DNA of 15,965 nucleotides. Origin: Candidatus Fraserbacteria bacterium. Its GTDB lineage: Bacteria; Bipolaricaulota; Bipolaricaulia; RBG-16-55-9; JANLFV01. The stretch lies in NCBI GenBank assembly GCA_037446135.1, contig JBBIJD010000039.1, forward strand, positions 1 to 15,965. The letters run 5' to 3'. A program made the position numbers and the translations under genes. Under the pieces are notes generated by a model. That model made no database searches. It was not told the origin of the DNA and saw only the letters and a program-made list of their open reading frames with translations. Below are positions 1 to 6,240 of the stretch, in pieces. Every line of letters begins with the position of its first letter. The stretch's first letter is position 1.

Positions 1-67
1 GGACGACCTCGAGCGGACGATCCGGAAGCTCAAGGAGGCAGTCTTCCCGATCCATGGGCTGAGATGA
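1..67 (+). CDS. 3' end of a gene entering the window (…DDLERTIRKLKEAVFPIHGLR*), product unknown
   Basis: Open frame from position 2 with host-like GC-rich codons ends at TGA 65-67, where composition turns AT-rich. Too short to assign. Confidence 0.55.
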   Translation, partial: DDLERTIRKLKEAVFPIHGLR

Positions 68-72
68 CCAAT

Positions 73-927
73 CTATTTCCCAGTGAATCTAGGGGGCGAT
101 GTGTCCGATGACTGTTCCTCATCCCAAGGGGTGTAGCTGAAACCCAACACCAAACCCAATAACCATGATAACCTTCTGAACCAACTGATTGGGGAACGCC
201 ACATTAGAACAGGCTCTTCGGCTAGAAGAATCTTAATATTAAGATCATCGATTTGCCAATCAACTTCCTCAATACGCGATATGATAACTTCTCCTTTCCA
301 ACAGACATTAGCTTTAAGCTTTTCTATTCTTTCCCTTAGCATCTCCTTAAACTTTTCTTTTAATCGCTCTCTGATTGACTTTAGGGCCATTTCTTTCCTC
401 AGGCTTTCCACACTGAGCCTGTGTTTCCGATTATAGACCAAATATGATCTGGTTCCAATGGGGCGGCCGCGAACCTTGACCGCTTTACTACTAAGTTCCT
501 CACAATCATCTTTAATGGATCGAAGAGATTCTAAAAGTTCATCAGGGGGATTATGATCGAGTAGCTCCGTGATTCTAGTAAGAGCTTTCTCTAATCCATT
601 CTCGTCATCTGGATAGATCTCAATGAGTTCAATATCCTCCCTTAAGTCCAGCAATGCCTTTTTCTTTACCATTTTTTCGTGATATTCCCTACGGCGATCT
701 GGATCCTCGACATTCGCTAAACCCCAATACTCGACTAGAATAACCTTGTTACAACATAGAATTTGCCAATCTGCTCTATACCACCTCCAGCCTATGGGTC
801 CTGGGTAGAAAGGCTCTCTTTTGTGCGGTATAGCTCTTTCATAAAGAACATTATCAATCTTTATTTCTTCTTGAGAGTCACACCAATGGCCATCCTTAGC
901 ATACCCTGGTTTGCCTAATGATTCCAT
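73..927 (-). CDS. Hypothetical protein: N-terminal restriction-endonuclease-like (PD-(D/E)XK / Vsr-DUF559-like) domain, charged helical middle, hydrophobic C-terminal patch
   Basis: 284-aa ORF. The pattern DGHxCDSxxExxIDNxLY…IPHxxEP…RADW…VEYWG…Y…KK…LIEIYP resembles this nuclease-like family. AGGAGG lies at 942-947 (minus strand), 14 nt from the ATG. Much more AT-rich than neighbours. Confidence 0.65.
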   Translation of the reverse strand: MESLGKPGYAKDGHWCDSQEEIKIDNVLYERAIPHKREPFYPGPIGWRWYRADWQILCCNKVILVEYWGLANVEDPDRRREYHEKMVKKKALLDLREDIELIEIYPDDENGLEKALTRITELLDHNPPDELLESLRSIKDDCEELSSKAVKVRGRPIGTRSYLVYNRKHRLSVESLRKEMALKSIRERLKEKFKEMLRERIEKLKANVCWKGEVIISRIEEVDWQIDDLNIKILLAEEPVLMWRSPISWFRRLSWLLGLVLGFSYTPWDEEQSSDTSPPRFTGK

Positions 928-948
928 TTCGCGTTTGGCTGCCTCCTA

Positions 949-976
949 AGCATATAAGGTTGTCAAGAAGGGGCAA
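949..976 (-). promoter_or_regulatory. Weak candidate sigma70-type promoter for the AT-rich gene
   Basis: Minus strand TTGCCC (971-976), 16 nt, TATGCT (949-954), directly upstream of AGGAGG. Confidence 0.25.
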
Positions 977-1008
977 ACACCAGGCAGTTTAGTTCGCTTG
1001 AACTGTAA

Positions 1009-2196
1009 TCATTCATACCGCAATGCTTCGACCGGCTTGAGCTTGGCCGCGCTCCTTGCGGGGAGGAGGCCGGAGAGGGCCCCGACGACGAAGGAGAAGG
1101 CCAAGGCTCCGAAGACCAGCCAGGCCGAGATCCCGAACTCTAAGACATTGGTTTGGATGAACCGCTTGGTGATCACCACTGCGAGGATGTCCATCCCCAA
1201 GCCGAGGGCGGTCCCGATCGCCCCGCCGACCAGCCCCATCAGCCCCGACTCGATGAGAAAGAGCCACATCACCTGGCTATCCTTGGCTCCCACGGCCTTC
1301 ATCACCCCGATCTCTCGCGTCCGCTCTAGAACAGCGGTATACATCGTATTCATCACCCCAATCCCGCCCACCAGGAGCGAGATCCCCGCGATCCCCCCGA
1401 GGAAGGCCTGTAAAATCCCGATCGCCTGGCCAATGAGCTTCTGCAAGTCCTCGATCGTCTGGACCGAGAAGTCCTCTTTCCCCCGGGCCTCCTTCAGTCG
1501 AGCCTTCACCCGCTCGGCCATCTGCTTAGCATCATAGCCTTGGCTGACCTTCACCCAGACCATCGAGACCTTTCCCCGATCGCCGAGGACCTCCCAGATG
1601 GTCTCCAGGGGGATGAAGATGGCGTTGTTGTTATCCCCAGCGCCGCTCTCCGCGAGCAGGCCGAGGACCTCGAAGGGCTGCCCTTCGATCTCCAGCTTGC
1701 CTCCGACCTCGACCCCCAGGTCCTTGGGGACATTCTTCCCGAAGATGGCGCCGTAGCGATCGGTTTCGGTGAAGAATCGTCCCTGCTCGAGCTTGAACTG
1801 GCTGAAGACCCTGGCGATCCCGGGCGAGAGGCCAATGACAGGGAGGAAGCCCTCGACCTGGTCCGGAGGCTCGCCTCCCTTTACATAGGCGCTCTTGTAG
1901 AGCATCGCCCCGACGGCCTCGACGCCCTCTATCCCAGCGATCAGGGCCGTATCGATCTCGAAGGTCGCGGAGTAGGGGCCGCGATAGCCGCCTCGCAGCC
2001 CGCCGGGATAGATGGTGATCAAGTTATAGCCGAACTGCTCGAACTGCTTGTTCACCGCCCGTTGCATCGACTGGCCGAGCGAGACCAGGGCCACGACCGC
2101 GGTGATCCCGATCAAGATCCCGATGATCGTGAGCCAGCTCCGCTTCTGGCGGTGGCGCATGCTCCGGAGGGCCAAGCCCAGATAATCCCTGATCAT
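1009..2196 (-). CDS. ABC transporter permease, MacB/FtsX family
   Basis: N-terminal RSWLTIIGILIGITAVVALVSLG TM, large extracytoplasmic loop, then ISLLVGGIGVMNTM…ERTREIGVMKAVGA and C-terminal PARSAAKLKPVEALRYE. ATGA overlap with the ATPase. Confidence 0.95.
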   Translation of the reverse strand: MIRDYLGLALRSMRHRQKRSWLTIIGILIGITAVVALVSLGQSMQRAVNKQFEQFGYNLITIYPGGLRGGYRGPYSATFEIDTALIAGIEGVEAVGAMLYKSAYVKGGEPPDQVEGFLPVIGLSPGIARVFSQFKLEQGRFFTETDRYGAIFGKNVPKDLGVEVGGKLEIEGQPFEVLGLLAESGAGDNNNAIFIPLETIWEVLGDRGKVSMVWVKVSQGYDAKQMAERVKARLKEARGKEDFSVQTIEDLQKLIGQAIGILQAFLGGIAGISLLVGGIGVMNTMYTAVLERTREIGVMKAVGAKDSQVMWLFLIESGLMGLVGGAIGTALGLGMDILAVVITKRFIQTNVLEFGISAWLVFGALAFSFVVGALSGLLPARSAAKLKPVEALRYE

Positions 2197-2888
2197 CGGA
2201 GGATCTCCTTAGCTGCTTCGACCATCTGGCCGTCGCGGAGCTGGACCCTCCTCTTGGCATAGGCGGCCGCCTCGGGGTCGTGGGTGACTAGGATGACCGT
2301 CCGGCCCTCCTCATTGAGGCCCTTCAGCGTCTCCAGGATCTTCTCCCCCGCCGCGGAGTCGAGGTTCCCAGTCGGCTCATCGCAGAGGATGAGCTTAGGA
2401 TCATTGGCCAAGGCCCGGGCGATCGCCACCCGTTGCTGCTCGCCCCCGGAGAGCTCGCTCGGGCGATGATGGAGCCGATCGGCGAGCCCGACCCGCTCCA
2501 AGAGCTCGGCGGCCCGGGCCCTTCGCGTGGAGCGCCCCGATCCTTGGAAGACCATCGGGAGCTCGACATTCTCCAGGGCCGTGAGGGTATGGACCAGGTT
2601 GAAGGTTTGGAAGACGAACCCGATCTGGCGCCCTCTGATCTCAGCCAGCTCGGCGCTCTTTAAGCCGGAGATGTCAGCCCCGGCGAAGAGGATCGTCCCG
2701 CTCGTCGGGAGGTCGAGGCACCCCATTAGGTGCATCAGGGTCGACTTGCCTGAGCCGGAGGGGCCCATCACTGCGAGGAACTCCCCCTCTTCCAGGGAGA
2801 GGCTCACTCCGCGGAGGGCGTGGACCTCGACCTTCCCCAGCCGATAGGTCTTCCAGACCTCACGGAGCTCGATCAGCCTATTGTTCAT
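2193..2888 (-). CDS. ABC transporter ATP-binding protein, LolD/MacB-like
   Basis: Walker A GPSGSGKST, GFVFQ Q-loop, LSGGEQQRVAIARAL signature, Walker B ILCDEPTGNLD, VTHD switch. Confidence 0.96.
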   Translation of the reverse strand: MNNRLIELREVWKTYRLGKVEVHALRGVSLSLEEGEFLAVMGPSGSGKSTLMHLMGCLDLPTSGTILFAGADISGLKSAELAEIRGRQIGFVFQTFNLVHTLTALENVELPMVFQGSGRSTRRARAAELLERVGLADRLHHRPSELSGGEQQRVAIARALANDPKLILCDEPTGNLDSAAGEKILETLKGLNEEGRTVILVTHDPEAAAYAKRRVQLRDGQMVEAAKEILR

Positions 2889-3498
2889 GGAGGAATTCGA
2901 TCAGCTCGACTTTGGCCGTGACCTTATATTGACCATCCTCGCGCTGCTCTACCTGGAGGAGCGGGGGGAAGGGGAGAATCTTCCGTGTGGCCACATCAGG
3001 GAGGGCGATGAGCGCCCGCTGGTCCGGGTAATTAGGGTGGGTATAGATTCCCACGATCACCTCGATCCCAGCGATCTGGCTCCTCTCTTGGGTGACGAGC
3101 CTTGCCCCACCCTCGAGGACATAGGACTTGTTCGGCTCGACCTCGCGCTCGCCCAGGGCCATGAGCGGAGTGAGGTCGAGCCGCTCCTCCTCCGGGCGGA
3201 GGCTGAAGCCTAAGAAGAAGAGGCTGAAGAGCCCGAGTTCCACCTGATCTTTAGGCTCGATCGCCTCAGTCGTCGAGGTTACCTTATAGTTCCCGTCCGG
3301 GAGAGGCTTGATCTCCAAGGAGAAGGTCGCAGGATTAGGGCTCTCCTCGCTGAACATCTGATAGACGGTCTTCAAGTGGCCGCCGGGGTATTCGCCCATC
3401 CCGAAGAGCTGGGCCAGGACGATGGCCCCGCCGATGAGCAAGGCCAAGCCCAAGCCACTGATGATCCAGAGCTTAGGGCGCTTAAGACTTCTCAGCAT
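2878..3498 (-). CDS. Hypothetical secreted or membrane-anchored protein, first gene of the ABC unit
   Basis: 206 aa with basic N-terminus and hydrophobic segment (WIISGLGLALLIGGAIVLA). RBS GAGGTG at 3506-3511. Overlaps the ATPase start by 11 nt. Confidence 0.85.
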   Translation of the reverse strand: MLRSLKRPKLWIISGLGLALLIGGAIVLAQLFGMGEYPGGHLKTVYQMFSEESPNPATFSLEIKPLPDGNYKVTSTTEAIEPKDQVELGLFSLFFLGFSLRPEEERLDLTPLMALGEREVEPNKSYVLEGGARLVTQERSQIAGIEVIVGIYTHPNYPDQRALIALPDVATRKILPFPPLLQVEQREDGQYKVTAKVELIEFLHEQ

Positions 3499-3516
3499 AC
3501 CGCATCACCTCGTGGC

Positions 3517-3545
3517 AGTTTACCCACGCCGGCTGCCTGGCGCAA
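3517..3545 (-). promoter_or_regulatory. Candidate sigma70-type promoter for the three-gene ABC unit
   Basis: Minus strand TTGCGC (3540-3545), 17 nt, TAAACT (3517-3522), inside the 59-bp intergenic gap. Confidence 0.5.
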
Positions 3546-3557
3546 TGGCTTCTCGGT

Positions 3558-4484
3558 CTAAAGCCCGGCCTGATAGAACTCCAAGCCGGTCTGGAGCGCG
3601 AGCCTGATCGCCGCCTCCTCGGCCTCCTTCATCTCCTCCGGGCTGGGGAATTGCCCGGCCCCGCCGAGGATGGCATCGATGGCCAAGGCCTTGTAGCGCA
3701 TCCGCTCCCAATAGGCCTCCCCATCAGGGGGATGGACAAGCCATGCCTCGCCCCGTTTCTCTAGGAGGTCTTCCCAACGGAGGAGGCCCTCCTGGACGAG
3801 CTCGGCCAGCCCGGCCTCCTCGGTCACGATATAGAGGACGGCCTCCTCCATCGCCGTGCTCTGACAATGCTTCCGCACCTCGGCCATGAGCCGCTCGACC
3901 CGCTCCCTCCGGTAGGGGTTCCTCAGCCTCCGATAGGGCTCGGGGAAGTCCTCTTCCCAGAGGTCGTCCTTGGTATGGCCGGTCACGAAGTGGACCCTTG
4001 GGCCATAGCCCAGGCGCTCCGCGGCCCGGACCGCCGCCCTCAGGAGATGGGGATGGGCCCGGGCCGGCCACTCCCGCGGGAGGTAGTTGAGGCTGGTGTG
4101 CTCGTCTTTATAGGCCTCTTTCACGATGACGATGTCCCCGGCCTTGATCTCCTCACGGAGCGAGCCGGCCGTCCCGACGCGGATGAATTCCCTCGCCCCA
4201 AGATGAAGAAGCTCCCCGAGGACGATGTTAAGGGCCGGGCCGCCCATACCGGTAGCCAGGGCGCAGACCTCAACCTCGAGCTGGTCGGCGCGGATCCGCC
4301 CGAAGTAGGAGGTGAGCTCCGCTCGCCTTGCAGGGTGGACCCCCTCTTGCACATCGAAATGGGCATAGATCTCTTTTGCTCGGCCGGCTGAGCCCGGGAG
4401 ATAGACTAGCCTCCCCCTCCCAGAATTCCCCGCGAGATGCTCCTTCTCCAGCTCAGTGTGAACCTCGGGCATGGCCGGCCTCAC
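3558..4484 (-). CDS. Nucleoside phosphorylase (NP-I family), divergent uridine-phosphorylase-like
   Basis: LPGSAGRA (cf. PGDPxR), ATGMGGPA (cf. STGIGGPS), FIRVGTAGSL, KDEHTSLNYLP, AMEEA (cf. EMESA). GTG start overlaps the upstream TGA (GTGA); alternative ATG at 4472. Confidence 0.85.
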   Translation of the reverse strand: MRPAMPEVHTELEKEHLAGNSGRGRLVYLPGSAGRAKEIYAHFDVQEGVHPARRAELTSYFGRIRADQLEVEVCALATGMGGPALNIVLGELLHLGAREFIRVGTAGSLREEIKAGDIVIVKEAYKDEHTSLNYLPREWPARAHPHLLRAAVRAAERLGYGPRVHFVTGHTKDDLWEEDFPEPYRRLRNPYRRERVERLMAEVRKHCQSTAMEEAVLYIVTEEAGLAELVQEGLLRWEDLLEKRGEAWLVHPPDGEAYWERMRYKALAIDAILGGAGQFPSPEEMKEAEEAAIRLALQTGLEFYQAGL

Positions 4485-5614
4485 TTCAACTTAGCGAGCC
4501 GCTCGTGGCAGATCTCGGCGAGTGTCTCCGGCCTTGCCGCCCGCTTCCGGAAGCTACTTTCCCAGCGCTCATGCTTCCTGAGGAAGAGCTCGCGGAGGAG
4601 TGGCTCCTCGACCCCCTGCCAGGTCCGGGCCTTCTCCGCGGCGAATTCCTCGAATAAGCTGTATTCCCGCTCCGGCCAGCGCTCGCGGAGGAGGTCGAGG
4701 AGCGTCTCTCCCGCCTCGGCCAGCCGGAGGACTCGGCGCCAGTAGGAGGCGACATCCTCGAAGTATTCCTCGATGTCGAAGGAGCGTGAGCCCCCATCAT
4801 AGACGACGCACCGCTCCAGTGGGTGGGCAATGGCCTCGTATTGGGAGAGCTCGAACTCCGGGGCGAGGAGGGCGGGATGCCTCAGTAGGTCGGTATCCTC
4901 GACCTTGATCCGCAAGGGGGAATCGGCCCGCGCCAGGCCGAACCGCCCCTCAATATAAAAGAGATAGGTGTTCTCATAGTTGGGGGAGAGCTCACGGAAC
5001 CGCTGGTGGAATCTCCGGAGGATCCTCTCGGCGTTCTCTGTCCCGATGGTGAAGAGGAAGAAGTTCTTAATCCCTCTACCTGACTCCGTGAGGAAGTTAC
5101 AAATCTCCTGGAGAGCATTCTCCAAGCTGGCACCAGTCGCGACGATGTCCCCCATGAAGATGTTCGACCCGTTGGGGATCTTGATCTTCTTGTAGCCGTT
5201 CTCCACGATCTTCCACTCCCCGCCCGAGAGGAGCCGATGGGAGCTGACGAAGGAGGACTTCGTCCGATTGAACCCGAAGGCATGATAGAGTGCATCGCGG
5301 AGCTTGAAATTGAGCCCGCCCCGTAAGATGTTGAAGACCAAGATGGAGTTCTCATCGAAGGCCGCGACCTTGGCCCTCTCGGGGAAGGCCTCGAGGGCCT
5401 TGATCAAGGCCAACTTGAGCGTATTGGTGAACTCGAAGCCGACGATCTCAGGGCGGTTGCAGACGCTTCTGCTTTCGGGAGTGGAGAAGATGAACCTCCG
5501 GAAGCCAGCGTTGGGACTAGCTTCGTCTCGGAGCTCGTAGAAGGCGGCCTCGCCGTCGCCGCCGAGAGGGAGCCGATAGAGGCGATCTTCTTGCTGCAAT
5601 GCCGCTCGAGCCAT
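4481..5614 (-). CDS. Divergent type I phosphoribosyltransferase, UPRT-like
   Basis: VFNILRGGLNF (cf. UPRT vpILRAGl), PRPP-binding loop IFMGDIVATGAS (cf. DPMLATGGS), YDGGSRSF (cf. GDAGDRxF). At 377 aa it is much longer than a canonical Upp of about 210 aa. Confidence 0.7.
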   Translation of the reverse strand: MARAALQQEDRLYRLPLGGDGEAAFYELRDEASPNAGFRRFIFSTPESRSVCNRPEIVGFEFTNTLKLALIKALEAFPERAKVAAFDENSILVFNILRGGLNFKLRDALYHAFGFNRTKSSFVSSHRLLSGGEWKIVENGYKKIKIPNGSNIFMGDIVATGASLENALQEICNFLTESGRGIKNFFLFTIGTENAERILRRFHQRFRELSPNYENTYLFYIEGRFGLARADSPLRIKVEDTDLLRHPALLAPEFELSQYEAIAHPLERCVVYDGGSRSFDIEEYFEDVASYWRRVLRLAEAGETLLDLLRERWPEREYSLFEEFAAEKARTWQGVEEPLLRELFLRKHERWESSFRKRAARPETLAEICHERLAKLK

Positions 5615-5625
5615 TACAGTTGGAG

Positions 5626-5654
5626 AATCTAGCAGATGGCCCGGCCGATGTCAA
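5626..5654 (-). promoter_or_regulatory. Near-consensus sigma70-type promoter for the PRTase-phosphorylase pair
   Basis: Minus strand TTGACA (5649-5654), 17 nt, TAGATT (5626-5631), with an extended -10 TGn. Confidence 0.75.
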
Positions 5655-5661
5655 AGCAACA

Positions 5662-5712
5662 GCTCGCGCGCGCCTCGCCCGAAGAGGCAAGAGGACAGGC
5701 CGGTGAGCGAGC
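5662..5712 (-). terminator. Possible GC-rich stem-loop after the small membrane protein gene
   Basis: Minus strand GCCTC-TTCGGGC-GAGGC nested within GCTCGC…GCGAGC, followed only by an interrupted T tract (TGTTGCTTT). Confidence 0.25.
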
Positions 5713-5717
5713 AAGGC

Positions 5718-6095
5718 TCAGTCCTCTTCTTCGGCCCATTCCTTGATCTTCTTCTTGATCTTCGCCTCGATCTTGTCCTCCACCTCCTTCCACTCCTCGT
5801 CCCCTTCGGCCCACTCCCGGAGCTTCTCCTTGATCTTCCGCTCGATCCGCTCGCCCACCCTCTCCCAATCCCGTTCCCGCCGGAGCCGATAAAGCCCGCG
5901 CGTGGCCCCGATCCCGACCCAGGCGAAGGCTAGTGTGATGAGGAACCATAACCCAGCGACCTGCCAATAGCTCAAGGGCTTTTCAAACAGCCCGAGCTGC
6001 CCGACGACGATCGAATTGAAGAGGAGTTGGATGATCCAGGAGAAGAAAAAGAAGGCCGCTACCCCACCGCCGAAGAGCCAGCCGATCCATCTCAT
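5718..6095 (-). CDS. Small hypothetical membrane protein, two hydrophobic segments and a charged repetitive C-terminus
   Basis: 125 aa. Hydrophobic segments flank LSYWQVAGL. Purine-rich RBS region and its own promoter upstream; host-like codons. Confidence 0.8.
   Translation of the reverse strand: MRWIGWLFGGGVAAFFFFSWIIQLLFNSIVVGQLGLFEKPLSYWQVAGLWFLITLAFAWVGIGATRGLYRLRRERDWERVGERIERKIKEKLREWAEGDEEWKEVEDKIEAKIKKKIKEWAEEED
5730..5867 (-). repeat. Intragenic imperfect tandem repeat, two units with a 75-nt (25-aa) period
   Basis: WERVGERIERKIKEKLREWAE (aa 77-97) versus WKEVEDKIEAKIKKKIKEWAE (aa 102-122). Confidence 0.8.
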
Positions 6096-6126
6096 CCTTT
6101 TCCACCCCCCTTAAGTAACTTGAGCA

Positions 6127-6155
6127 AATATAACAGTTTTTAAAAAGGGGATCAA
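6127..6155 (-). promoter_or_regulatory. Sigma70-type promoter for the 125-aa gene
   Basis: Minus strand TTGATC (6150-6155), 17 nt, TATATT (6127-6132), with extended TGn, in an AT-rich intergenic stretch. Confidence 0.65.
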
Positions 6156-6170
6156 GCCCCCGACCCAGCC

Positions 6171-6189
6171 GGTCAGATCAGATTTGACC
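6171..6189. promoter_or_regulatory. 19-bp near-palindrome, candidate operator
   Basis: GGTCAGATCAGATTTGACC matches its reverse complement at 16 of 19 positions and lies between the divergent promoters. Confidence 0.5.
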
Positions 6190-6214
6190 TCCCCCTAAGG
6201 TTCCCGGCTAGAAT
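6184..6214 (+). promoter_or_regulatory. Candidate promoter for the MFS transporter
   Basis: TTGACC (6184-6189), 19 nt, TAGAAT (6209-6214). RBS GAAGGAG at 6224-6230. Spacer is longer than the usual 17 nt. Confidence 0.45.
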
Positions 6215-6240
6215 CCCAATCTTGAAGGAGTGCTGAGCCG

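Noticed and set aside
64..111. 15-codon plus-strand ORF starting at an ATGA overlap with the first gene's stop
   Set aside because: Too short, antisense to the 284-aa gene, and with no other support as a gene remnant.
961..966. Perfect TTGACA on the minus strand upstream of the AT-rich gene
   Set aside because: No -10-like hexamer lies 16-18 nt downstream.
983..3522. Short direct repeats near both ends of the ABC unit: ggcagttta at 983 and 3514, cataccgca at 1014 and 3496
   Set aside because: Only 9 bp each, in inconsistent order, with no mobility gene. One copy is explained by the -10 box and others by coding sequence. Not enough for a target-site duplication.
3511..3528. CGTGG…CCACG inverted repeat around the ABC unit -10 box
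   Set aside because: A 5-bp stem is common by chance in GC-rich DNA and has no U tract; insufficient as terminator or operator.
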